Assembly (NCBI RefSeq): GCF_000181795.1
Contig: NW_003526947.1
Location: 1,100,029-1,164,028, forward strand
DNA length: 64,000 bases
From: Trichinella spiralis
Taxonomy: Eukaryota
Direction: 5' to 3'
A program made the translations under genes and the position numbers. Numbering within the stretch: position 1 is the stretch's first letter; each line of letters starts with the position of its first letter. Shown piece after piece: positions 25,075-39,186 of this stretch. Below the pieces are notes generated by a model. The model made no database searches and was not told where the DNA came from. It worked only from the letters and a program-made list of their open reading frames with translations.

Positions 25075-27419
25075 ACCATTCTGTTTTTCTTTTTCATATG
25101 CCATCAGTAGTAATTGACTGTACAATTGTACAACCTCAACCACAACAACAACAACAACAACAATGACAATTACAATAGAAAACCCGAGTGGTTATATTTC
25201 TTTTTTTCATGTTTGTTTGTAAAATTACTGGTGCTGTTCTATTTCTGGGCAACATTCTGTTTGTTGAAAATTTATGAATTATTATTCTTCATTTATTATT
25301 ATTATTATTATTCATCCAATCATGTCCAACAGCTGTCTCTGTTCACTTATTATTATTCCATTCGATACAATACGTACAATGTTTCAGACCAGTCAATTTA
25401 TGTTGATTAGCATCTTATGCCTTCATATGTTTACAAAACTTATTGTTTTTATTGTTTGTTACAATTGTTAAAAAATTGTCTGTCTAAAAGTGCTCCTTTT
25501 ACCACTGCGGTGCATATATCCATCCATCCATACGTCCATATATATATATATACATGATGGCAAGTTGTTCTTGCCACAGATTCACGGACACTGGCGGCAC
25601 GCAACCGACCGTTTTATTGATTTTTATACATCAAGACAGTGGGGGCGGGGCTGAATGGCATGCGATTTGAAGACGCTTCGATGCCAGCGAACAAACTGTG
25701 ATGATATTTGCGAAGTTAACAGAACGACATGATTGTGATTCGTTGCATCACTGCCTACCCTGTTCATCATCATCATCATCGTCATATGTGATCTTAGATA
25801 AATTAATTTTTTGCTTTTCTATTGCCAGATCATCAAAAAAAATAGTCTTTTCTAAAAGCAACAAGAAAATTATTCATCAACTATTTGAAACGGTTTCAAT
25901 TCTGTGTTGACAATGAAAAATGAATTATTAAACAAAAATTTTACAATAATTTTCGTTTGATTTTCCTTTCCGGTTTGGAAAATGCAATGCGTCCGCCGAT
26001 TGTAATCGTATGCTGTGTCGATGAAAAAAAAACACTTTTCTTCTAAGAATATATATATATTTATTTATTTAAAATTACTTTTAATTATTTAGCCAGTGTT
26101 TTTAATTTTTTTTTCAAAAAAAAGTTTTATGAATGAATCAATTGATTAATCATTATTATTAACATTCATTCCTTCGTTTTACTGTTCAAAATTGATGACA
26201 CATTTAAAAAATAATTTCAATTATATTAAAAAGTTGTTTTTAAATGGCAAATAATGCGCTGCGACATGCTCAGTGAAGATTTTTGTATGCATTTCATTTT
26301 CATCTTTTAGCAAACAGGAAACATCGGATTCAATTCAATTATCGTATGAATAAATTAATTTTAAATGAATAAATAAATAAATAAATATATCTACAACTGC
26401 ACACGGATATGCTGCATATTTTGAAAATTTAAATGTCAGTTTAAAATCTGAATTAAAAAATATTTATTTTTAATAAATTAAATATTGTATTACGTGATAA
26501 TTTTTTTTCATACCTGCCTTTTAGCGAATCATTTGGAGTGTACTGTAGATTGGACGGAAGTCTTCTCTGCGGCTAAGCGGCTGAATTTCTGGGCCGTTCA
26601 CTGGAGGCTCTGTTTGGCCAAATTTAAAGCGACCGCTTGGAAAATTTGCATCTTTTCAAATTATCGCCGCCGCTCTCCAACTCGGTGAGTTCAGCATTAC
26701 TGCGGTCGCATGAAAACTATTTCGCAAATGCACCTTTCAATAATATTTATTAATCGAACATTTCAGAACAGTCGAATATTGTCGCACAGACAACATTTTC
26801 GGTTTCAAATTTCACACAATCACACAGTGTTGTTTGAAAATTTTAACCAATTTTTAAATCTTTTTTTTTCCATCAATCCCAATCCTAACTTGTGTTGTAT
26901 TTTCGAACTTACATATATTATCATCATCGTCATTTTATATATATTTTTATTTCGATTTCGATTCATTTGGAAATGATTCTATTTGATCCAATCATTTTGT
27001 CAACTGAATTTACATGTGCAGATTTGTTTTTTTTCTTTCGCCTTTTATTCTTTTTTTCGAACATTTCAGCTGTTTCGTCTGTATTAATCAGTTTTTTTCT
27101 TTTTTCTATTTACGTTGAATAATTCTTCGAAAAGTATTATTTTTAAACTTTTCGAAAAAAAAATTCAAACTTGAGCATTATTTTTTTGTAACTTTTTCAA
27201 TTTTTGATTATTTTCTTTTGCTGGTTTTAGTTGGTGCTTGTCAGAATTTTGCTTGCCTGTTGTCGAAAGAGAACGTTGTTCAAAAGTTGTGCATCCATTT
27301 AGAGTGACTTGCATTCGACAACTTTCAACGTCATCGACACTTTTCACGATGGTAATTTATTGTTTATTAATTAATTTATTGTTCCATTGGATTTTATTAA
27401 ATGTGGTTCAATTTTTCAG

Positions 27420-29412
27420 ATGCGCGAATACAGAAATCTCCGGGAGTCCGGCATGATGTGCGAGGCGAACGCCTTGTTACAGCAAGTTGAAACGGAACAC
27501 CTGCTGAAAATGAGAACCACCAATCTCTTGTCAGTTGACAGACTGACCAGTAGATTGGAGATGGATTCCTCGGAGCAGTTGTAAGCTGTTATGTTTTTTT
27601 TCTATTTTCAACATAATAATAATAATAATAATAATATCACGGTAAGATTTTGTACACTTTGCATGTACATGCACAGACATACAGATGTAATATCTGAGGC
27701 TGTTGTCAAATCACTGATTAATCAGTTGTAAAGCAACTTGGACTCAGATTGATTTATGCAAATTTACTCAGGTCATTTGCTTGTGCTCCAGTAATTTTCT
27801 GGGCAAACGATAAGTTTGTTTGCGTTCGGTTGAATTTAAATTTGAATTTCAATAAAATTGCACTTTTTTAAAATTAGCATTCTATTTTCGTGATCAGAAA
27901 ATGAACAAATAAAACAAATATATTATTGTGCAATGTTTGATTGTTTTTAAAATTATCCATCTATTCAATTACAACAGCACTCTGTGTGTGTATAAGTAAG
28001 TAGTAATAATAGGAATTGGTAGAATTGATGAAAAGTTATTTTTGAAGAAATTTGCATTCTTTTTATTTGTCGAATTTTATTTTCAACGTTGATGTCGTCT
28101 GATTTGGATTTTTAGCTTTTTATTTGCCGAAGTGACCGGTATAGTTCGTATAGCTCAAATGCGTACAGGCGAGAAAAATATGACTATTATTGCGTAAGTG
28201 TGTAATTGAGAATGTTTTATTTTTTTTTGTTAATTTTTCCAACTTTTTCCATTATAAAGCATATCCAAGCAGACCGATTGGTCCACCATCAATCAATAAT
28301 TAATCAGTAGTATTGTATTTTTTGTACTTTTTTTAATGTGCAAATTCATTTTACTTTTCTATTCTATTGTGTAACAGTTGTTCAGTAATGGATTTTCAGA
28401 GAATGGGTTCCACGCTGCGTGATGCCTCGTACTAAAATCACATGCTTGCGGTGGCATCCGTGGGACCACAGCCTTTTCACTTCTGTCGGCACTGACGGCA
28501 GGTTGCACGCCTGGAGTGCTGCGACCATGGTGCCCGTCCAAGAGACTGAACTCGGCTATAAGTTGATGTATCACTCGATTTGTAACAATCCAGCATCTGA
28601 ACCACTGGTTGCAGGTTGGCAGTGTTTTTTTGTTCTTTTATTTCTTCGACTGATTTATTTTAATTATTATTTTTTTCTGTGCAGCCGCTTATTCCGATAG
28701 GGCTGGCATTGCGATTGTGGATTTGCGAGACAACATACCGTGCTTCCGGATGGCAATTGGCGAGATAGGTATATCATCGTTTGTTGAATGGTCACCACGG
28801 GAAAAAGATCGCCTACTTACCATGTCCCCAACGGGTGTCTACGTTTGGGATATGCGCAGTTTCAGGGTACATATGCATATATATTTGTATGTTGTTGCTG
28901 TTGTTATGTTCTTTTTTATTTCTTGTTTTCTTCTTCAACAGGTACCGGTGAAGAAGCTCGTTCCACCGGATGATCGATCCAAACTGCGTGGTATGAAAAT
29001 TTCGTCCGATGGTCAGCACTTGTTCACTTTACAAGGCAGCAATCGTTTTGGCCTCTGGCATTTGCCGTTGATGATTTTCGTCCAGTCGACACCATCGCAA
29101 GAATTTTCAAGTGTAATCGACAAAACAGTCCAATTTGACATGTTTTCACTGGTCCAATGCGACGAAAATTATGCCTTCATTCCAGTTCACGATCTCGTCC
29201 ACTTGATGTGCCTTCGCACTGGCAACGTTCCAGTACATTTGCATGGACCGATCAACGGCGTTGATCAGTGCATTTATCGGCGCATCAGTCAACAACTGAT
29301 CATCTGCGGCATTGATTCCAGGCCCTGTTTGTGCACTGTACCGACCGATTTGGATGATCTTAGAGAAACTCCGCCCCCACAGCCAGCTCCTGTAATAGAT
29401 GATGATTTTTGA
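27420..29412 (+). CDS. ERCC8: WD40-repeat protein, divergent ERCC8/CSA (Cockayne syndrome A)-like
   Basis: Exons 27420-27580, 28116-28193, 28399-28614, 28685-28866 and 28942-29412 splice in frame. Motifs MREYRNLRESG, CLRWHPWDHSLFTSVGTDGRLHAW, EPLVAA, IVDLR, VEWSPR and VWDMR match the CSA layout as I recall it. A possible upstream ATG|gtaatt lies at 27349. Confidence 0.7.
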
Positions 29413-31079
29413 AAGAGTAATTGAAAAATCTACACAATTTTGAGCACATAATATAAACAGTTATGCCTGTTGTTGCCATGTTTGAGTGCAATCTCTTATC
29501 CACCACTGTAGATTACGTAATTCACTACTGATTTGTATTATTATTGTTGTCGTTGTCGTTGTTGTCGTTGCTGTTGTTGTTTTTGCATGTTCATTTGCAT
29601 GAATGCCGTTTTAAAGCATGAAGCTATTACTATATTATACAGCTCACGAAGCGAATATTTGCTTTTTGTAGAATGCAAATGTATTTTGTAAATACAAAAC
29701 CGTGAAAATACATTTCGCAGACATGTAGTAAGAAGAAGAATATGTATTTTCAAGCCGTGAAAAAGCAGTAAGTGATCGTTTGAAGTTACTCATTTCCATT
29801 GAGTTTGAATAATAATCAATACTTGAACAGCATGAAGAGTAATAAATGAAGTAATAACAAGTGAAATTTTAAACCTATGTTTATTGAAAAAAAGCACATC
29901 AATGCAAAACATCAAAAATAATCAGTCCGAGTCAGAATAAGGACACACATGCATGCACGCGTTATCATCGCTGATGTAGCTGAATCTGTTTTCTCAAGAT
30001 TTCATTTACATCTTGGCTGCAAGCTTGGCACATCAGTCCAAGTAGAAAAATAGTTCACAGTAAATGACAGTGGATGTTTCTGATGATCGGTCGTTTATGC
30101 TTTCTGTGTCTAGCGCCAGCATTTTTTTACTTTTTAAATCAACTTTACATTTAGTATTTGTCTTGTCAATGTTTTAGCTAATGCAAAACTATGAGCGTGG
30201 CAACCGAACTTGACTTTCTTTTCACTGACAGCATCATCAGCAGTGAAATAGATATTTGCAATTATTATTATTATTATTATTACATTTCATCTTTCAGTTC
30301 CATTTTTATTTCTAAGAAAGCTTTGACACTTTAGAAACAGCTGAAACATGGCTTATAAATAATAGTATCTGCTGTGCTGCTATTATGTAAGCTTAAAGCT
30401 TTCTTGCGCAGATTTCAATGCACAGCGAATTGATCTTGTATCTCACTGTAGGAAGATAAAAGACGAAATAAGGTAGGTGTTCGGACTTGATGGTGAGAAA
30501 TAGCATGACATTTAATATATGATAATATTTTTGAAAATTGTCAATTAAATTAAAAATGCAAAGACAGTTAATTGAAAACAATTTTAAACTAAATGATATA
30601 AAAATAAAAGATGAACGCTAATTTTGTTCAACAACAAACATATCGCCCTAGAAGTTGCTCTGGTTGGCCAACTAAGTGACGCTTGTGTCAACAACAAAAA
30701 TGAGTACAAATCGAAACAAAGCATTGGAAAATAAATCAGCAAGCAGATGACCAGTAGCATTTTTAAATTATTAATTACTTTATCAAATTATAATATTCAT
30801 TTCTGAAATTATTGAAATAATCAATGTTATTAATCAATACAATTTCGATACAATTGTGATAAGCAAGTTCTATTTTTTTTACAGTATCCTGTTTTATGAC
30901 AGTTTGGGTTTTTCATTTGATTGAAGTATAATTCACTAGTTTACTGTACCAGTAAAAGCGCTGATGTAGATGTTTGAACGTTGTAAGCATCAGTTTTGCG
31001 TGATTTTTTGGTCACGTTTGAAACGTTCAGTTGTTTAGGCTTTTAACAAATACAGCCTGCTTGCGCAGTTCGTCCAGTT

Positions 31080-34000
31080 ATGGACGATTGGTCTTCAGAT
31101 AATATTTTAGGTGAAACATTTGACCAACTGGACGATGACGCTGCACAATCGGGAGAGGAGTCTCCTGAAGTGCCGAATGCAGACACGGCAATTCAGCCAA
31201 AAGTTCCCATCGTTCATACGTTTCCACCGGTGCACCCTTTTGCAACTAGACCCGCTTACAGGTAGGTGGAACAGCTATTGCTCATTTTCTCGTATTGCAC
31301 ATTTTAGATTGGAAAACAATTATATTTTACCACAAATTATTACTGATTGTTTTATATTTCCTAGGATTTTATTTGCTAATCATTTTGCATATCGACTGTT
31401 TGATTGTTTAGCTATCGATTCAAACCTCAAGTTACTGTCAATTTGGCTGAAGTGGAAGGATGTGGAAGGAAACTTCGGAGGAATTTGGCACAAGTACGCC
31501 GACATATTGACTCTACCGCTCCAATATTAAATCATATTGAGGTATGTTTATTGAGTGTGTGGATTAAAAGTGTTTTGATTTTGATTTTTTGGTTTTTTTA
31601 ATTGTTCATCTTGCCAAGTTCAATGTTTATAATTTTAGACTAGGACGTGGCTTAATAGGAATTTACGTAATAGAATTTTCGTTCAACCTCATTTTGTATA
31701 TTCCGCCGAAACATATCCTGCCATGTGTTTTCCTGACAAGCCTGTCGATTGCGTCACTACAAGATTCGTTCGTTCGGCAATGAACAAAGTGAAATGTCCA
31801 ATTTTTGACTTATGTGTAAGTAATTTTTGAAAATTTAATTGACGCTAGTTACTATGATGTTATAAATTTACGAAACTGACCAGAAAGGCAATGATTTTTT
31901 AATGCAATAAATAGCTTTTATTCGGTGTTAGCTAATGTATTTTAACTTTTTCATCCTCTTTATTGCATTTTAGGTGTTTCTTTCGAATTAAATTTACATC
32001 TTGAATCTTGATTTTAATTTTTTACTTGCTGTTAATTTTCAAACATGGCTAAAATGTTTTCTTTAGTTTAGTTATGATTGTTTAATAGGTTTTTCTGTTA
32101 TTAAGAGACACACTAGCCATTAAAATTTTTTTGCGGTTTACGAAAGTTTGTTTTCATAATATATTGATAGTTGTTGACAGGTTTTGAGGAACTAATGATT
32201 AAGTAATAAGTCAGCATGGACAAATTTCGAAATATCCTGAAGAATTAATATACTGTACATGGTTCTATTTTTCCTTTTACTGTAATACTTGAAAATTAAG
32301 CATTAAATTTATAAATTGTTTTTAAATTTGTTTTTTAAACGGAATTATGATGTACATTTTTGTTGTTAAATATATATGTATAATTTTATCTTTTTATAAT
32401 ATTTTTGTAATGACTTTTAATTCCATTTATTGAAAAAAAATTCGTTTTAGTCATGCACCTTATGTACGAATCTCTACGTGTTTTCGTGTAATAATTGATT
32501 TAGTTTTAATTGCAGCGTTTTATTTTGATGAAATGATATTCCAATGATGTATCAGTGAACTTTTCAGTGGACACCAGAGGGCAGACGACTAATTACTGGT
32601 GCTTCGAGTGGCGAGTTTACACTGTGGAATGGGACAGCTTTTAACTTTGAAACTATTCTTCAAGTTAATATTCACCATATTGTTGTTATCATCACTAATA
32701 TTGTTTTATTCTTATTATTAAGGCACACGATTCAGCTGTACGTTCAATGCGCTGGTCGCATAATGATATGTGGATGATTACTGCAGATAATGATGGTTTT
32801 GTTAAATACTGGCAAGCGAACATGAATAATGTTGCCATGTTTCAAGCGCACAAAGAATGTGTGCGTGACATAAGGTAAATTATTGAATATTTTAATGGTT
32901 TTGTTCTTTTTATAATATTTGTTGCATTGAGATTCATTATAATATAGAATAGGATAGGATAATATATTGTCATAAGTTGTGATGCTTTTGTTAACAGCAT
33001 CAGTTATTTAGTTATTAAGTAATAGATGATGTTTATGTTTACGGTGACATGTTTTTGTGTTAAGTGAATGATAAATTTTTTTTATATTACTTAAATTTGC
33101 AAGTAGAAATAAAAATGCATGCGCTGATTTTCAAACTTTGCTTTTCTGGAAAATGTCAAATGCTGGTTTATTTCATTTTGTTCGCAGTGCAATATATATG
33201 TGTTGATTTATCAGATGGAATTCTGATTTCAGCGAAAATTTTTCCATTTTTAAGTTCTCTTTCTCCGTGTGATTAGTTTAATTTTATCTCTGTGCCTGTG
33301 ATTATTGCATTGTATTGTATTTTGTGCAGTTTCAATTGTTTAAAATTTTGTTATTAAATAATAAATTTTAAATTGTGAGGCATTCAACTCTTTTCAGGAT
33401 AATTTATAAGTAATTTTACGTATTCATCATTACTTTACCATTTTCTGACTTATTTATATTACATATTACCAGATGATTGCTTGCAGATTGTAATTAATTA
33501 AAGAACATTATTTGTTAACTCTTTTTTTAACTTCATTTTAGCTTCAGTCCGAACGATTTGAAATTTGCGACGGCAAGCGACGATGGTACTGTAAGGGTTT
33601 GGGATTTTATTAGCATTAACGAAGAGAGGGTTTTACGTGGACATGGTTCTGATGTGCGGGCAGTGGACTGGCATCCTCAGAAGGGTTTGCTTGTATCAGG
33701 AAGCCGGGACTCTCAACAGCCTGTGAAACTTTGGGATCCTAGGAATGGACAGTGTATTTCAACTCTGTAAGTGTTTGAAATATTACAATTGTTGTCGTTG
33801 AGCTTTTATTCTTTGCAAACAGTTCATTGTTGTATATTATGGATCAGGGGAAATTTTAAAAACGATTATTGTTCAGGCATTGCCATAAAAATGCTGTTCT
33901 GTGTACTCAGTGGAACCAAAATGGCAACTGGCTGTTGACAGGATCGCGAGATCATTTGATTAAAATGATCGACATTCGAATGATGAAAGAATTGATGACG

Positions 34001-36542
34001 TTCAAGAGTCATCGTAAAGAAGTTTCCGGTATTTTTGTCCTAAGTTTCAATTTAAAATTACTATTATGCCGATAATGTGTTATTTTGTGATATTTTTTAA
34101 TTTTAATAGCAATTGCCTGGCATCCTTTTCACGAAGGGTTGTTTGTTAGTGGCGGTACTGATGGGTCGATGATTTTTTGGCATGTTAATTATGAAAAAGA
34201 ATTGGCTTCTATGGAAAATGCACATGATCAAGCGATTTGGGCAGTAAAATGGCATCCGTTGGGTCACATTTTAGCCAGCGGTTCCAACGACAATAACACG
34301 TATGTTGATGACCGGTGTATTTTTTGTTCAGTGTTTTATATACAATTGTTATTTTGCTAATTATAGAAAATTTTGGACGCGCAACAAGATTGGCGATACA
34401 ATTGAAGATTTTTACTGCGTGCCGCAGTCTATGCACGAGCAGACAACTTCGGAAAATAACAAGGAGACGAACGATGATGCAGAAACGGCAACTGAAAAGC
34501 AGAAAAAAGAGTTGAACGAAATACATGGTATTCAAATTCCTGGCATGGGTCTGGAGGCGGATATATTGGAAAAGATTCGCGAGAAAGCGGAACGAGAAGC
34601 TCCAGCATTGCCCGCGTTAGGTGGAATTGCGGCCGGTATGGATGCGAACGCAGCTTCTGTGAAAAGAACTTTATTGAAGAAGCCTCCGCCGAAGAAGGCG
34701 CAACGTCAATTTGAACGTGTGTGGAACGTTAGCACTAGCGATGGTACAAATTTGATGGACTATGCATTGTCATCCGCGTCACGCGTACCAAAACCGTCTC
34801 TGCTTGGCCGTCCTCCTGACCACCTAGTGGTTCAGTATCCGATGGACCCGATGCCAGCGTACGAAATTGACCCTCTAGATTCGGCAATTTATGTTACGGC
34901 GTCTCAAGATTATTATTCTGAAAACTGGTCTATAGATGGAAGTGGACTGCCCCCTATAGGATTTCAACATTCGTCCTCGGCGCTGCACGGGCATCTCAGC
35001 TTCGATACTTTTGACGATCATCAGCAGCTGGTTGAACTGGTGGATCCGAACACTTCATCTTATGTTGTTGATGAAGAACACGTGGACGGAGTTTATGGAA
35101 TTCCCTATTCTGAAGAATACAATGTCGAGCAGAGTTTTCACAACGACGACTACACGAATCCGACACAGTATACGTCTGATCATTATTCACACATGCACAG
35201 CGGAAGCAGTTATTCACATGCTTACGGTGCTGAATTTGAGAAAGGTTTCGATGACCACTATATTGACCAGTATAATCGAGAGCATCATTATCAAGACCAG
35301 TATGACGATCAGCAGTATGCTTCTGGCCAATTTGTGGATCGATACACTGATGATCAGTACTTAGATGAATATGGTGTTGAACAATACAGTGCAGAACAGC
35401 AGTACCCTGAGCAGTATGAACGTAGGAATAAAATAACATCTCCAAAGCACTCATATTCTCAGTCATCAGTGCGGTACAAAGACCGATCCGAACGACATTA
35501 TCATGATAGTGCGAGTTCTTATTTTCCCAATCAGCGTAACGATTATTCTTATTCTGCCCAAGGGACAGGGACAAGTGGCCGATCATCTTCTGAAATGTAC
35601 AAACCGTTGCTTTCTAGTGGATTTCACGATAAGCACCAACAATCTCGCACGTATATGCAGGAATCACATTCGACTGCAGCTTCGCCGCTCTTGCAAACAG
35701 ATCCGAGGATGAAAACAACACGAACGCGAGACGGTTCACTGTTGCCGACACCAACAGATCAGGCCCCCTTGGCATATCACTCGACTTTGGACAGACAAGA
35801 GGAAGCTTTGCTAGAATCGAGCTCAGTGCCTCGGGATCCTAGACTATCTCGGCAGGACCGTTGGTCAGCATCTGGTGGTAGTAGTTTGCAGGATCCAAGA
35901 CTGACGAAGAAGCGGAATTTGCCGCATAGTCGAGCTGGTTACGAATCGTACGAAAGAATTTCACGGTCAGTGACGGAAATCGACCGTCGTGACACCAGTG
36001 CCGGGCGTTCAGGTTCAACACGAAGTCGCGGGAAGTCGGGTCTGTCTCAGCAGATGAGAAGCGACAAAAATCACCAGTTCAGTTACATGTCCAAGCAGCG
36101 CATGTCATCTCCACCGGTCGATTCAGGAGGCTTGCTGCCGAATCCTGGTCATTCGTGGTCACACTCGACAACCCAAGATCCTAGACTAAGAGATGTTATG
36201 TACAGTCGAGATCCGCGAATCACTAGTCGAACGACGCTGTATTCGAGTAGCGATGAGCCAGAGGCTTTGATGAACCGCAGTGGGGGGATGCCTTTGAACG
36301 CGAAACGATCGTGGAATGCGGGCGTATCAGGTTCTGATGCGCATTTGGAAAAGCGACGCTACCCAAGCGAACAGTCGCTGATTTCCGGTCGATACAGAAA
36401 TGAAACGACTGACCCAAGACTAAAGAACAGACCCAAAGAGTCAGTCTATCATTCGAACAGTCAGAGAGATTTCGACCGCAGCAGTTACGATAAATATGGA
36501 TCTGAATATCGCAGTAGTCGCCGATACGACGACATTAAATAA
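31080..36542 (+). CDS. WDR33: Pre-mRNA 3'-end processing factor WDR33/Pfs2 with a long low-complexity C-terminal tail
   Basis: Spliced exons encode [104 protein letters not shown] and [17 protein letters not shown], all WDR33 signatures. Final exon 34367-36542. Confidence 0.96.
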
Positions 36543-37452
36543 TAAGTAGTGTGTGTGGATCCGCTGTCGAATCGAAGTCTTTGATTCGAGTTATCAGTTG
36601 AACTCAGCAGCACTTGATGTGCAACAACAATAAGCAGTTGTTTGAGAGAAACTATTGTTGTGTAGTTGGATTTTCTTTTGTTTTTTTTCATGTTAACACT
36701 GTATTGTAAATAATAAACATTTCGATATAGTTTCAGCAAATTATCAGATTTCAGAATGACTTGATTGAACACTTTTTCCTAACCGCTTATCAGACTCGTC
36801 AGCATCGTGTAATATCTGTTATTCCATGTATTATTACACTTTATGATCGTGAATTGCAGAGGTAAGATGTACGTCTTGAAATAAAATTGTTTGCTCTTGC
36901 TGTGGTTTTGATATGCTTTGTTGTTTCTGAACAAATGAGCTCATCATTTATCTTGCAACTATCTTTTCAACTGATTTAATCAAACTTTAATCTTCTTGTT
37001 TTCTTCGATTACCAGTCGTCTGCTTTGCAATTCAGTTTGTTATAAACTGCAACAATCAACTGGCAATATTGATCGTATTCAAGCATTCATGTATGCGTGA
37101 AAAGCTCTTGCCGAGATGAAGCTCTGCGCTGCAGTTTCCACATTTACAATTTTACCGGTAAGTTATAAAATTTGTAAAGTTGAACATTTTTTATTGGTTT
37201 TCTTTTTCCTAATTTTCATTGAAACAATGCAAAGCCATTGTCAACAAAATGAGATTTTTGTTGTCGTTTTACTCGTTGCAAGAAGAGTAATTTTAGACCC
37301 GTCCAAATTCATAACTATAACGTCCAGGATTGTAAAGCATAAGTAGAATGTAAATGCTAAGCAATAGAAACTCATAAGAAAAGAAAAAAATCTTTGAGAA
37401 AAAGGCACTGCAGAAAGGAATTAATTAGCTTAGTTCAGTTTTTGAAATGCAA

Positions 37453-39155
37453 TCAAGCGAATTGTCTGGTTGTCATATTTTCCAACAGTGGGTAGACCAG
37501 ATCGGTAAGATCAGCGGCGCTGAGGTAGCCATCAGCCTTGGAACCTTTGCACATTTTGTACTGCAACGGCGCAAGCGAAGGGTCACAGACCATTGGATGA
37601 TAAACGTGGACTAAATCAGGTTCCGGAGCTCTGAATAAGTTTAACTGAGTTCTATTGAGCAGCTTTTGAAATAAATCCACATCTTCAAGTCCCCAGCCGT
37701 CGATGCTGAGATCTAAACCACCAGCCGCGTCGAAATCTGATTTATACAACGCGACTGAACCATATCCAAAGTGTCTGAAATGTCCTCGGTGGGTGCTGTG
37801 ATCAAAATGATCACCATCTTTTGCTGCAGAAGTCTGAAACTCGCTGAATACGATCGGAAAGAAAACTTGCCGTCCCAACTTTGTATTGGCACGCAGACGA
37901 TAGAGCGCCTCTTTTGTGAACAGCATGTCCACGTCGGTCAAGAAAAGAAGAGCATCCGGTGGACATTTTGCAATTCCAACCTGCAGACCCACTGCCCGGC
38001 TGAATGGTCGTTTTTCAACTAAAGTGAGGTCCACTTCTACACTGGTGCTCAACGTTTGCACTCGATCAAGCGCTTTTCGATCATCGTCCGCCATTGTCGA
38101 AGGGAAAAATGCTACAATCAGTCGCACCTTTTCTAATCCATTTGCACAGATTTGTTCAATTTGGTCAGCAAATCGCAAAAATGAATTCAAACGGCCATGC
38201 ACCGCCACAACTATGTGCACCGTGATTTCAGAGCTTGGCAGCGGTGATGCACTTTCAGAATCCGAACTCTGATCTGATATTTGCAACTGCAAAAACGGAC
38301 GACGCAAATATGCATGGCGCCTTACCATTATTGAAGTCCTTTTCCCTTTGAGTCTTTTGTGAGTTAAAAGCAGATCCAGCATCAAATCGACACCTACAGG
38401 AGGTCGAATTCGCTCATAGCCGTAGAGTACGCTGCGAAATTGAATTTCCCTTCCCAACTCTCTACTGCGTGAATTCATCTGTTGCATCAGCTGTTGAATT
38501 GCATTTCTGATGGAATATTGCATTGGCGATTCAATTCGTTTGCGTGGACAATCAGCATTGCCAGCACAATACATATACGGTGGAGAGATGTATTGCCACA
38601 CGTCGACCTCATCCGCTGAGATGCATTTTACTTGGTGCAACGATGGAGATTTACTGCTCGATCCTGAAATAATATATACGACTTTAAATTTCTTTCTGTT
38701 TCAATGTGTGCACTTCAAAATTCGGCAAACTGCTTGAACTTTATGAAAACTTCAAAATACGAGCGAATAGTTTGCCGGATTTCGATTCAATCCTTCATTC
38801 ATGTACTACTAACAGTTTTCAGCTTTTGGAAATATCAAAAAAGAAAAAAACAATCCTCGGCACAAATCATTACTCAGCTAGCAACATTACACAAATATTT
38901 TGCAAACCTTCTTCACGTTGCAAACGTACAAGTTTGCCGTACAATTCTGCAAGCTGTTCGTTCAGCACAAAGCGATGCATTCGTAGCATCATGTTCGCTT
39001 GTTTCAACGGATGCAACGAGATGGCTTGATGAACTTGTGGAACGTTCAAATCACCACTGAGAGCGAATGAACCGTCGTAGTTGTTGTAAAACAGTGATTG
39101 CAACTGAAAGTGGAATTTGTTGAAATTATGAAAGCGGCAAAAGTGTAAGAATATG

Positions 39156-39186
<31 letters not shown>

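Noticed and set aside
29900..30520. Possible small gene between the CSA-like gene and WDR33
   Set aside because: All frames tried on both strands hit stops quickly, and no coherent exon chain was found.
25075..31079. Nematode-type operon of LAR, the CSA-like gene and WDR33
   Set aside because: CDS gaps are 1.7-2.3 kb, with promoter-like GC patches at ~26560-26700 and ~30650-30700. It cannot be supported without trans-splicing data.
32190..32245. C/D-box snoRNA-like ATGATTA...CTGA in a WDR33 intron
   Set aside because: Too short, imperfect C box, and no terminal stem.
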